DNA of 64,000 nucleotides from Candidatus Latescibacterota bacterium (GCA_965242865.1 CBDETK010000013.1:3520001-3584000), one strand, 5' to 3'; positions 26,255 to 35,394 are shown, counted from the first letter of the stretch. Made by a program: numbers and translations. Notes: generated by a model from the letters alone, not told the origin.

Positions 26255-27619
26255 ATGCCCCCTTCTAAGCCCCATGCCATCCGAAACGTCCCAAAGCTTA
26301 CCGTCTCAAAGCGGCTGCGGAAACCGCCTCCACGACATGACCCCTTGAAGGAGTACCAATTCCGCTATCGTGCCAAGACGCACAGCACTCTGCCTCATGT
26401 CGTGAAATTCTCGGCCGGGCGTTCCAGCGGAATGCTCCTATTTACGCTCCTTAAAAACAGAATCCTCGACGCAAGTCGCGGCGACGTCATTGTATTCAAC
26501 AATACGTCAGCCGAACACCCAAGCACCTACTGCTTCGCACGGGACTGCGAGGAAGTTGCTAACCTTTACAAAATTCCGTTCTTCTGGGTTGAGTTTCAGA
26601 CCTACGAAGACGCTCGCAACGGCGAATGGACGCGGTTGGCCTCATATCGTCTTGTCAACAACCAGCCAAAGGCCCCCGACAACCCGGATGGCTTCCACTG
26701 GCGGGGGGAAGTCTTTGAGGAGCTTCTCTCTTGGTCAGGCTATGTCCCCAACCAATTCAGCCGCACCTGCACACAGAGGATGAAACTGGAGGCGACACGC
26801 CTGTTCCTCAAGGACTGGCTAGCTTCTAAAAAGACCATCCCACGCCTCGGACATTACGGAAACGAATCGCGCATTGACCCCGATATCCTGTACCAACGTC
26901 ACCGCCGCAACCAAGGTGAAGTACCCGAGGACATATTCCGCCGCAAGCGGGCATACAACTTGGCACGGCCCCATGTGCGCCCAGAGCAGTGCTACGCCGA
27001 CTTCTCTCAAGCTTGGCAGCCTTTTGACAATTCTGCCCTGAAGGGTAAAGCGTACGGGGAGAAAGCTTGGTTCGGCAAAGGTGGGATGGAATACGTCGCC
27101 TTCGTCGGACTCCGGGGCGATGAACCGACTCGGGTCAAGCGGGTCGAGGATCGCAACGCAGGTCCTGGCGCATCCGGTTACAAGGGAGAGCATGTCTATA
27201 TGCCGCTGGCCGACATGTCCGTGACCCGGGACGACGTCAATGCCTTCTGGGACCGGCAGACTTGGGACCTCTCGCTACCTAAGGAGGGGAGCCTATCCAA
27301 CTGTGTTTACTGCTTCCTAAAAGGATCGGCTAACCTACATAGCATTCACAGCCAGATGGAGAAAGAGAAGCAAGCTGAGATTCCCGGATTCGGCTCGCTT
27401 CTCAACACACCGTGCGACATCGCTTGGTGGAGTCGTATCGAGAACGACTATCACCGGGATCTTATAGCCGAAGGCCGGGAAATCCGAGGCGATTCCAATA
27501 TTACCCGTATCGGCTTTTTTGGAAACAATGAGTTTTCTTACGATCTCCTAGCTAAAAACAAAGAGGCGGATCTCGAAAGGTTTTCTGAGACGCTACTGCC
27601 ATGCGACTGCACAGAGTGA
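26255..27619 (+). CDS. PAPS-reductase/PP-loop (adenine nucleotide alpha-hydrolase)-like protein
   Basis: PP-loop variant VKFSAGRSS, FNNTSAEHP, RTCTQRMK, VGLRGDE..R, YMPLAD, NCVYCFLKG, C-terminal PCDCTE. Confidence 0.75.
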   Translation: MPPSKPHAIRNVPKLTVSKRLRKPPPRHDPLKEYQFRYRAKTHSTLPHVVKFSAGRSSGMLLFTLLKNRILDASRGDVIVFNNTSAEHPSTYCFARDCEEVANLYKIPFFWVEFQTYEDARNGEWTRLASYRLVNNQPKAPDNPDGFHWRGEVFEELLSWSGYVPNQFSRTCTQRMKLEATRLFLKDWLASKKTIPRLGHYGNESRIDPDILYQRHRRNQGEVPEDIFRRKRAYNLARPHVRPEQCYADFSQAWQPFDNSALKGKAYGEKAWFGKGGMEYVAFVGLRGDEPTRVKRVEDRNAGPGASGYKGEHVYMPLADMSVTRDDVNAFWDRQTWDLSLPKEGSLSNCVYCFLKGSANLHSIHSQMEKEKQAEIPGFGSLLNTPCDIAWWSRIENDYHRDLIAEGREIRGDSNITRIGFFGNNEFSYDLLAKNKEADLERFSETLLPCDCTE

Positions 27620-27626
27620 TCTACAC

Positions 27627-28775
27627 GTGTATCTAAAACCGGTTTATCTCGATTACCAAGCGACCACTCCTATAGATCCGAGAGTGCGTGAAGCAATGCT
27701 CCCGTTCCTGAACGACCAGTTCGGGAACCCGCACTCCAACGGCCACGCGTACGGATGGAAGGCGTCGGATGCCGTCAAGGAATCGCGAGTCCAAGTGGCC
27801 CAGCTAATCAACGCCGACGACAACGAGGTCGTATTTACGTCCGGTGCGACAGAATCCTGCAACCTCGCTTTACGCGGGGTCGCAAGGGCTTCCGACGAAA
27901 AGCGCAATAAGCTCATCACCGTCGCCACCGAGCATCCGGCGGTTCTCGAAACGGTCGAAGATTTGGGACACTCAGGCTATGAAGCCGTGATCCTGCCGGT
28001 CGAACCCGACGGTCTCCTGAAACTCGCCAACCTCGAGCGGGAATTGGACGAACGGACGCTACTCGTCTCCGTCATGGCGGTGAACAACGAAATCGGTGTG
28101 CTTCAGCCACTCACTGAAATCGCCGAACGTTGCCGAGCCGTAGGTGCACTCTTCCACACCGACGCAACCCAAGCCGCTGGGCGCACAGGCATTGACGTCG
28201 ACGCTTGGAAGGTTGACCTCCTCAGTCTCTCCGCTCACAAAGTGTACGGTCCAAAGGGTATCGGTGCCTTGTTCGTGCGATCCGGCGTCCATATCAAGCC
28301 GATTGCAACGGGAGGAGGCCAGGAGCTCGGGCTGCGGCCCGGAACCATACCCCCGGCTTTAGCAGTTGGTTTCGGGGAAGCATGCGAACTCGCATGGGTT
28401 GAGGGAAGCCACGACACACGGCATATAATCACACTCACGAGACGCCTTCACGACTACTTGCTACAAGACTGTCCGAATCTGTATCTTTTCGGACATCCAG
28501 AAAAACGGGTTGCAGGAAACCTCAATATCGGTTTTCCGGGGACTAGTGCTGACGTCGTCGTCCATAACGTCGCAGACCAGATAGCAATCTCAACAGGTTC
28601 CGCCTGTGCTTCGGCTACATCGGAACCGTCTAGGGTGCTGCTCGCGCTCGGCTTCAACCGGGAAGTCGCCTCGATGGGCGTTCGCATCAGCTTGGGACGC
28701 TTCACCACAAGCCAAGATATCGAAACTGCGGCGGCGGCCTTCTCCGAAATTGCCGCTGTCGCCAGCAGGAATTGA
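27627..28775 (+). CDS. Cysteine desulfurase (IscS/DndA/SspA-like)
   Basis: YLDYQATTP, FGNPHS, FTSGATES, HTDATQ, SAHK.YGPKG, STGSAC. Confidence 0.95.
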   Translation: MYLKPVYLDYQATTPIDPRVREAMLPFLNDQFGNPHSNGHAYGWKASDAVKESRVQVAQLINADDNEVVFTSGATESCNLALRGVARASDEKRNKLITVATEHPAVLETVEDLGHSGYEAVILPVEPDGLLKLANLERELDERTLLVSVMAVNNEIGVLQPLTEIAERCRAVGALFHTDATQAAGRTGIDVDAWKVDLLSLSAHKVYGPKGIGALFVRSGVHIKPIATGGGQELGLRPGTIPPALAVGFGEACELAWVEGSHDTRHIITLTRRLHDYLLQDCPNLYLFGHPEKRVAGNLNIGFPGTSADVVVHNVADQIAISTGSACASATSEPSRVLLALGFNREVASMGVRISLGRFTTSQDIETAAAAFSEIAAVASRN

Positions 28776-28779
28776 CATC

Positions 28780-30762
28780 ATGCCCAACCAATCACTTGAT
28801 CTCAGGTTCGGGCCAGGAACCAGCACTGGCTTTACTCCCGCTGGAATCGCGGCCTTCACCGATCTCCGGCCCGCAGCCGTCGTTCGTGAGCTTATCCAGA
28901 ACGCCCTCGACGCGGCCCAAGAAGCGGACGAACAGAAAGCTGTCATACGTTTTCGGCTTACACAAAAGAAGAGATCCCAGATTCCTGGGATCCGGAGCTA
29001 CAACAGGGCTTTCCGCAATGCGATAAAAACCCATGAAAAAATGGGAGGCGGTAAACTGCCGAGCCAAGCCGAACTAGTCGTCAAAACGATCCGAGCCGCA
29101 CTAGACCAAAGTGTATTGGACGTTCTTTCGGTCCTCGACAACGGTATCGGCCTCAACAAGCGACGCATGACTGCCCTTCTCAGTGATGGCATTAGTGCCA
29201 AAGGCGGCAATGCAACAGGTACTTACGGTAACGGTCACTCGGTAGCGATCCCGGCATCCGACTTGCGCTATGTCCTGTACGGTGGAGTGATGGACAATGG
29301 ACACAGAATCGGTGCAGGTCACGCTGTGCTCGCGTCCCACAACGGAAAAGACAATAACAAAGAACATCCTTGCGCCGGAGATGGCTTCCTCGTTCTCGGA
29401 TTCCGAAACGACACAAATGGGAACCTGTACGACTACGCCAAAAGCTCTGACATTCCAAAGATAATAACGGACGACCTCAAAAACATACGCGGCACCTCTC
29501 GCCACGGTACCGCTGTTGTGATACCTGCTTTCAACCACTTCCGAGAAGAAAAAAAATCGCTCTGGGAAATGGTCGCACAAGCTGCTGCGTGCAATTTCTT
29601 TGAAGCGATTGAAAAGAGAAAGCTCGAGGTACAGGTCGAAGACCTGCGGCCGGAAAGCGATCACAGTCTCAATGTTCTAGACCACTCCACGCTTGCTAAG
29701 ACGCTGGAAGAATATCGAGAGAGGAGGAGAACAGGAGCATTCCTCAGCGGTCATAGGGCATTTGAAGCATATGAAGTATTGCGGATCGGAAAACACCACA
29801 GCATTCAGACCTCATATGGCAAAATTCGAGTCCACCTGTTCACTCAACGTTCAGGCAATACTCGTGTCGATCTGTGCCGCAATGGAATGTGGATCGCAGA
29901 CGATAAGGAGATTCCCGGCTTCTATTACAAATTCAGGGATCGTGTCCCCTTCCGCGCCGTGTTGCTCCTCAATTCGGATAGTGGAGGCGAACTACACAGG
30001 CTTGTCCGGGACGCTGAAGGTCCGCTGCACGATAGTATTCGTACCAAAGATCTCTCTAAGGAAGACAGGAAGAAACTTTATCAAGGCTTTGGCGAAATCC
30101 GCGATTGGCTCTTGAGAAATACCCAAGAGATCAGCGACGAATCTTATAGTCCCGACGACTTCCTTACTCTCGATTTTGGAGACGAGGGAGAAGGGCTAGG
30201 GGGGGCGAGCCGAAACTCTTTTTGGGGAACACCGATCGCTGTTGGACAGAGGGATCCAGATCGGGCGAAGCTCTCCATAAACACTGGCGAAGGAAACCCT
30301 CAGCCCGAATCGAACAATGGATCCGGCCAAGGTAACGCCACTCGTCCAAGAAAACGCCCGGTGCTCCGGTCCTTCTTACGGGCTGTCTCCGTTCCTGTAG
30401 GCGACAACCGCCGGCGCATCCAAATCGAGTGCGAGGAAGGCTGCGAGAACGCCGAATTGCGTCTCCGGGTCGACGAAAACATGGATGCCACTTGCGACAG
30501 CTTGCGACAGGATGAAATCGCCCCGGTCGTCCTAAACGAAGTCACGGTTGATGGACAGCGGCCCAATGAGGTCAGCCTCGTCAAAGAAAACGGACACATT
30601 GTGGGTGTACGCCTTGGAAATCTCTCTACCGGCTCTTCCATCCAAGTCGAGACAGACTACCGGCTTACCAAAGACTTTGAGTTATTGCCGGGAGCCGAAC
30701 CTTCGCTCCGGGTCGACATATTCGAGGCAATATCCGACACCTGCCCAGGAGCGGGAACATGA
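28780..30762 (+). CDS. GHKL (HATPase_c-fold) ATPase-domain protein, 660 aa
   Basis: N-box RELIQNALDA, G1 DNGIGL, G2 GTYGNG, G3 HGTAVVI. ATG 28780 lies 4 bp after the desulfurase stop. Confidence 0.75.
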   Translation: MPNQSLDLRFGPGTSTGFTPAGIAAFTDLRPAAVVRELIQNALDAAQEADEQKAVIRFRLTQKKRSQIPGIRSYNRAFRNAIKTHEKMGGGKLPSQAELVVKTIRAALDQSVLDVLSVLDNGIGLNKRRMTALLSDGISAKGGNATGTYGNGHSVAIPASDLRYVLYGGVMDNGHRIGAGHAVLASHNGKDNNKEHPCAGDGFLVLGFRNDTNGNLYDYAKSSDIPKIITDDLKNIRGTSRHGTAVVIPAFNHFREEKKSLWEMVAQAAACNFFEAIEKRKLEVQVEDLRPESDHSLNVLDHSTLAKTLEEYRERRRTGAFLSGHRAFEAYEVLRIGKHHSIQTSYGKIRVHLFTQRSGNTRVDLCRNGMWIADDKEIPGFYYKFRDRVPFRAVLLLNSDSGGELHRLVRDAEGPLHDSIRTKDLSKEDRKKLYQGFGEIRDWLLRNTQEISDESYSPDDFLTLDFGDEGEGLGGASRNSFWGTPIAVGQRDPDRAKLSINTGEGNPQPESNNGSGQGNATRPRKRPVLRSFLRAVSVPVGDNRRRIQIECEEGCENAELRLRVDENMDATCDSLRQDEIAPVVLNEVTVDGQRPNEVSLVKENGHIVGVRLGNLSTGSSIQVETDYRLTKDFELLPGAEPSLRVDIFEAISDTCPGAGT

Positions 30763-31613
30763 CCCAGATCACCACCGTCTCACAGGCACCCTCAAATGCG
30801 GTCCGATCCCACAGCCATCCAGTGCTGGAAGCCGGTAACCTATCGTTTCCCAACGGGCAGTATGTCGTGGATTTCAAGCCGGGCGAGGACCGTTCGTCGT
30901 TTACCCTTGAGCACCAGATCGAAGGTGCCGCACTGATTTCACGTTTACTGGCGGATAAACAGGCGCAATATGTCTGTATCGTCTCGTCGCCGATCTCGTC
31001 GTACCGTAGGACCCATATTTCCGATTTAGCTATGCACAAGGTGCGATGGGATACAGAGAACTTGGGAGAGTCCCCACTTTTCACGCCGATGATTTTATGC
31101 ACCGCCTCTTGCGAATTGACCATTAGCCAAAAGCGGGATGGCGTTCACAGCATTTGGGATGGCGCACACATCAATTTTAAGAAAGGCTCGCGACTCGCTC
31201 TAGGACCTGTAGTTCGATTACAATCATCCATAATCCAACTGCTCTCATTTCGTAAGGACGAGAATCTTAAGAACGGAACATTCTTCGTCGACGCCGAGAC
31301 GCAACCATTCCGATTTCTTGTAAATGTTAGTCCCGATCTTCACAGGTTCCTACACTTTGAAGGAGAACATCAAACCCGAAAAAATATCATGACGCACGTA
31401 GTAACGGCTTGCTTCGCCCTACTTCAAAGAGACTTTGCCGAAGACAATGAGGAAGAAGGATGGCGGACACACCGCAACCTTCTCGCTCTTGCCGATTTTC
31501 TCGAAAGTAAAGGCCTTCAGTGCTGGGATGCTCCAGAGTTCCGCCCGGAGGAGGTCGCCACGACACTCTACTCACATATCCTGCCCGTTGAAAACGAGGA
31601 GGATGAAGCATGA
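30759..31613 (+). CDS. Hypothetical protein
   Basis: 284-aa ORF with ATGA overlaps at both ends; N-terminal SHPVL. Confidence 0.75.
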   Translation: MTQITTVSQAPSNAVRSHSHPVLEAGNLSFPNGQYVVDFKPGEDRSSFTLEHQIEGAALISRLLADKQAQYVCIVSSPISSYRRTHISDLAMHKVRWDTENLGESPLFTPMILCTASCELTISQKRDGVHSIWDGAHINFKKGSRLALGPVVRLQSSIIQLLSFRKDENLKNGTFFVDAETQPFRFLVNVSPDLHRFLHFEGEHQTRKNIMTHVVTACFALLQRDFAEDNEEEGWRTHRNLLALADFLESKGLQCWDAPEFRPEEVATTLYSHILPVENEEDEA

Positions 31614-32479
31614 ACTCCATCTCTCACAAGGAACTTAACGACGCCGAATACACACGGATGCGGAAAAGCTTACTTCGAACCAAGGGGGGGCAAATTCAGG
31701 TAGAGTTCCTCGCGGCTGTTCGCAATAATAACGATTTCCTTGAGTACATATCGGAAATACCCATAAAGGGTTCGGACGAAGTACCCCTCTCGCCGGATCC
31801 CATGACGGAAGACGAGTTCAAGGCCCCGCCTTCGGACACTGAAATCAGGTTGTACAGGGCGTGGTCCGCCCTCACACCCCGGATCGCATGCCGCTCAACC
31901 TTCTGGGCAAACCTTACCTGCCGACATATCGAGGCTCAGAAGATCGATTCCGTTTATCTTGCTGCCAATGGAAGCAACTTAGGCGGTGCGGAGCGAATAG
32001 ACCGCGCCTTGCAGGAAAACGGAGATAAACGACTCAAGATGATAGATGACTGTGTACGCACTGTTCTACGACGCTTGGGAGGCTTACCAGAGGCTAGGGG
32101 TAACCGAACTGTGTATGTTGATTGTCCGTTCGGACGTGCTTGGTGGCGGGAACACTTAGTGAAACAGATCGCACAGGGAGAGACGGAACGCGAAACACAG
32201 GTTCGCAGCGTTATCCGGATCCATCAGACCTACTGGGAGAAAATTATCCAGCTCATCGTTTCCAGAAACTCGACGTTTGGCTCACTTGAAGTCCGCAATG
32301 CGTTCGTTCTAGCTCTAGCCCAATTCATCGCAGCCAATCCCAAAACTGAACTACGAGAAACGAAAGGACTTCAGCGCGCTTGTCGACGGGTCGCCGCGCA
32401 CCAAGGCACTCGGGAACTCAGCATCCTTGATGATGCCGAACTCGGAGAAGTTATGGATGGAGTCCTCCGTTCTGTATAG
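31610..32479 (+). CDS. Hypothetical protein (tentatively DUF6339-like)
   Basis: 289-aa ORF; RLY.A...LTP..A....FW..LT and RAWW resemble DUF6339 from memory. Confidence 0.6.
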   Translation: MNSISHKELNDAEYTRMRKSLLRTKGGQIQVEFLAAVRNNNDFLEYISEIPIKGSDEVPLSPDPMTEDEFKAPPSDTEIRLYRAWSALTPRIACRSTFWANLTCRHIEAQKIDSVYLAANGSNLGGAERIDRALQENGDKRLKMIDDCVRTVLRRLGGLPEARGNRTVYVDCPFGRAWWREHLVKQIAQGETERETQVRSVIRIHQTYWEKIIQLIVSRNSTFGSLEVRNAFVLALAQFIAANPKTELRETKGLQRACRRVAAHQGTRELSILDDAELGEVMDGVLRSV

Positions 32480-32565
32480 AATGTGCCCTGATGTCGCAAT
32501 TAAAAAATAGTGTCTCCGACGCATCTTGAGCAGTCACATAAACCCGAAAACCGAGGAACTCTCTC

Positions 32566-34383
32566 ATGCCCATTTCTAGGCCTGCACGATACGAACGCCG
32601 GAAAATCAGAGACTGGCTCATAATGGCCGAAAACGGCGAAATCGCCCTCCCTACGTTCCAGAGAAGCTATGTCTGGGGAAATCAGCGAATCGCCGATTAC
32701 CTAAAAGCTTTATTCGAGAATAGGCCAACTGGCATCTTTCTTATTCTCGAAACCAACGGTTCTCCCCAATTCGAGTCACGGACTCTGAAGGACCTTGATG
32801 GTAGCGGAGCAAGTGTCCAAGAACTCGTCCTAGATGGCCAACAACGCCTCACATCTCTTCGGAAGGCACTCCATGGGACACCTAGCAGTCGATTCTATAT
32901 AGAGGTTGAAGATCTCATCAGACTCAACATGAAAATCAAGAGGATTACTTGGTACTCGGATAAGTCTGGGGAAGGTCGATCATTGCTTAATCCAAGAACG
33001 GCTTATGAAAAAAATCACATGCCGTTAGATATTCTATGGGACGACCCCGATAAAGAAGAAAATGCTTACAAACCTGGAAAGATATGGCAATGGTGTCATG
33101 ATGCCTGTGGCGGTAACGGTGCCAGTACCGCAAGATGTCTTGAAATTGCAATTGAAAAGAGTCTCTACAACCTGTTATTCCTAGAGCGAGAACTCTACTA
33201 CTGCGCTCTTCCGCACGAGACCGAACGTAACGTAGCAATTGAAGTCTTCGTCGAGACAAATAAGTCATCTGCTACGATCAAGCGGTTTGACATCGTTGTT
33301 GCCCTTGCACAAGGAGGCTATGGAGAGGATCTCCGAAATCGTATTGCCGACTTTCGCACACAGTACCCTGTAACCACACATTACTTTAGTAAAGATGAAG
33401 AAGAGGCGATTCCCGAAATCGGAGAGTGGATCCTAAAGGTGGCCTGCCTGAAAATCAGCAGTAAAAAATTTCCCAATGGAGCACCACCAAGGGAGAGTAA
33501 CTATGAAGCTGCTCTCGAGAGTCTATTTCAAGAGGGAGAGAAAAGTGGGCAAGAACGACTAGATACGTTGCAGGGCGACTTGGTGGCTGCTCTGGAAACC
33601 GTGGCACGGCATGGAGGAGCAACGCGCGAAGTGTTAGCAAGCTGGCCTCCAGTCCACGTCATCGCCGCGCTCCAAGATGACATTCGAATGATCAAAGATC
33701 CAAGAAGAGAAAGTACTACCAACGCACTAATTTCTGTTTACCTGTGGCGTACGATCCTGACAGACAGGTATGAGGCACAAGCGAACGACCGGCTGTTCGA
33801 GGATTTTAAGGCTCTACGAGACTGTTTGATAAAGCTTAGGAAAACGGGGAATTTTGGCAATCCACCGTTGATTTTCGATAATGAGGCGTATCCGGTTCAT
33901 ACATGCAAAGAACTTATAAAAATGCTGCCATGGATAGGGAGAAAGTCACGTCTCGGACGTGGCATTGCTGGAATCGTTATGAAACAGACGCCTCAAGATT
34001 GGGTGACCGGAAATCCGCTTGACGTAAATACCGTTCGTGACCTAGAAGGGAGAGGAGAACTGAATCGTCACCATGTTTTTCCAAAAGCATTTCTGAAAGA
34101 ATCGGTGCCAAAAGAAAAAGTTGATCACGGGCTAAACGGCGTTCTGCTGAGCGGAGGCTCAAACCGTGTTCTTTCAAGTATGGATCCGAAGGAGTACCTT
34201 CAGAAACTTCTCAAGGACACTCAGAGCCTAGATGAAAAGGAGCTTCGCAAAAGGGTAGAGTCGCACCTCGTCCCGTACGATGCCCTGATAGCCGAAGGCA
34301 CCCCGGAAAGCCGGTACGAGAGCTTCCTTGAGCAAAGGGCCAAACTCATCGTAAAAGAAATCAAAAATCTTACGAATTTATGA
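32566..34383 (+). CDS. DUF262 + HNH protein (GmrSD/SspE-like nuclease)
   Basis: LP.FQRSYVW, VLDGQQRLTSL, F..TN; C-terminal HHVFPK...N.......N. Confidence 0.85.
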   Translation: MPISRPARYERRKIRDWLIMAENGEIALPTFQRSYVWGNQRIADYLKALFENRPTGIFLILETNGSPQFESRTLKDLDGSGASVQELVLDGQQRLTSLRKALHGTPSSRFYIEVEDLIRLNMKIKRITWYSDKSGEGRSLLNPRTAYEKNHMPLDILWDDPDKEENAYKPGKIWQWCHDACGGNGASTARCLEIAIEKSLYNLLFLERELYYCALPHETERNVAIEVFVETNKSSATIKRFDIVVALAQGGYGEDLRNRIADFRTQYPVTTHYFSKDEEEAIPEIGEWILKVACLKISSKKFPNGAPPRESNYEAALESLFQEGEKSGQERLDTLQGDLVAALETVARHGGATREVLASWPPVHVIAALQDDIRMIKDPRRESTTNALISVYLWRTILTDRYEAQANDRLFEDFKALRDCLIKLRKTGNFGNPPLIFDNEAYPVHTCKELIKMLPWIGRKSRLGRGIAGIVMKQTPQDWVTGNPLDVNTVRDLEGRGELNRHHVFPKAFLKESVPKEKVDHGLNGVLLSGGSNRVLSSMDPKEYLQKLLKDTQSLDEKELRKRVESHLVPYDALIAEGTPESRYESFLEQRAKLIVKEIKNLTNL

Positions 34384-34416
34384 TCAGCACTGTGGCCCAC
34401 GAATATCCGGTGGTGT

Positions 34417-34457
34417 AACAGCCCCTTAGCTTACGTACACAAGCTGAGGGGCTGTTT
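34417..34457. terminator. Hairpin; right boundary repeat of the island
   Basis: AACAGCCCCTTAGC-loop-CAAGCTGAGGGGCTGTTT; arms identical to those at 25970-26006. Confidence 0.8.
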
Positions 34458-34476
34458 GCATTATCCCGGTCCGGGT

Positions 34477-35394
34477 TCATCGCATCTCGCCTTCCTCGGC
34501 CATGCGCTTGATTTGTCCCCAGCTTGCGGCCTCCACTGCCGTGGCGGGGAGTTCGCGCACAGCACAGCGAAACCCGACGATGACGTAGGTCGCCGAAGGC
34601 GGCAGCCCACTGCGGTCGGTAGTGTGCAGGCGATACGGGTTGCTGCTCATTGACCCACCCCTAAGCACCCGGCTGCTCCCGGCGTCCGGCCTCTGCGGGT
34701 CGCGCTCGGGGCTCTGTGCATAGTAATCCGCGCCGTACCAATCCACTACCCACTCCCAGACATTGCCCCCCATATCGTAAGCCCCATAGGGAGAGACCCC
34801 GCACGGGTAAGAGCCAACCGGGGCTGAACCGAAAAAGCCGTCGCGGTCGTCGCCGTGGCCGCCGCTTTCGCGGCCGTAGTTGGCCCGGCTGCGGTCAATG
34901 GAATTGCCCCAGGGATAGAGGCGGCCGTCAGTGCCGCGGGCCGCCTTCTCCCACATGGCCTCGGTCGGCAACTGCAGGCCAGCCCAAGTGCAATACGCAC
35001 GGGCACCGTACCACGAGACCTCGGCGACAGGCCGCTGTTCAGAGCCGGGAATCGGCGCGTATCGCTCTCGGCCGTAGCGGATTGGTGCGTCGGGGTCGCG
35101 CAGATCGAACAGTAGATGCCCTTCCCCATCCGCATTGCGGCCCCTGTCGTTTAAAAAAGCAGCGTACTGGTCGTTGTTTACTTCAAAACGGTCAATGTAG
35201 AAGTCGTCGAGATAGACTGAGTGGACCGGCTGCTCGTCCGCCCGTCCCTCGGCCGAGCCCATCGTAAAATAACCGGCCGCGACGCGGGCCAACTCGTGCA
35301 TGGTGCCGGCGGGCGTCTGCACTTGGACTGTCTCTTGGGCTAGGACATTTGGCACCCATACCAAAAAGCACCAGAACGCACTGCTGCACACCAT
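34477..35394 (-). CDS. Secreted FGE-sulfatase (SUMF1) domain protein, probably non-catalytic
   Basis: FTMGS, EV.N..Y, LPTEA.WEKAARG, DMGGNVWEW, RVLRGGS, GFRC. The FGE catalytic Cys pair is absent. Confidence 0.88.
   Translation of the reverse strand: MVCSSAFWCFLVWVPNVLAQETVQVQTPAGTMHELARVAAGYFTMGSAEGRADEQPVHSVYLDDFYIDRFEVNNDQYAAFLNDRGRNADGEGHLLFDLRDPDAPIRYGRERYAPIPGSEQRPVAEVSWYGARAYCTWAGLQLPTEAMWEKAARGTDGRLYPWGNSIDRSRANYGRESGGHGDDRDGFFGSAPVGSYPCGVSPYGAYDMGGNVWEWVVDWYGADYYAQSPERDPQRPDAGSSRVLRGGSMSSNPYRLHTTDRSGLPPSATYVIVGFRCAVRELPATAVEAASWGQIKRMAEEGEMR

Larger units (their letters stand above)
26009..34416. mobile_element. tRNA-Phe-adjacent genomic island (defence-type cargo, no integrase seen)
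   Basis: Visibly lower GC and different codon usage than the flanks; bounded by two copies of the same hairpin; six co-oriented genes. Confidence 0.7.

Noticed and set aside
26255-28775. Interpretation as sulfate assimilation (cysH) or Fe-S assembly (isc) genes
   Set aside because: No cysDNC/IJ, iscU or suf neighbours, a divergent PP-loop, and an island context with a nuclease.
26255-34383. Naming the island dndABCDE or sspABCDE
   Set aside because: No DndB/D/E, SspB or Walker-type SspC was recognisable; the ATPase is GHKL-type.
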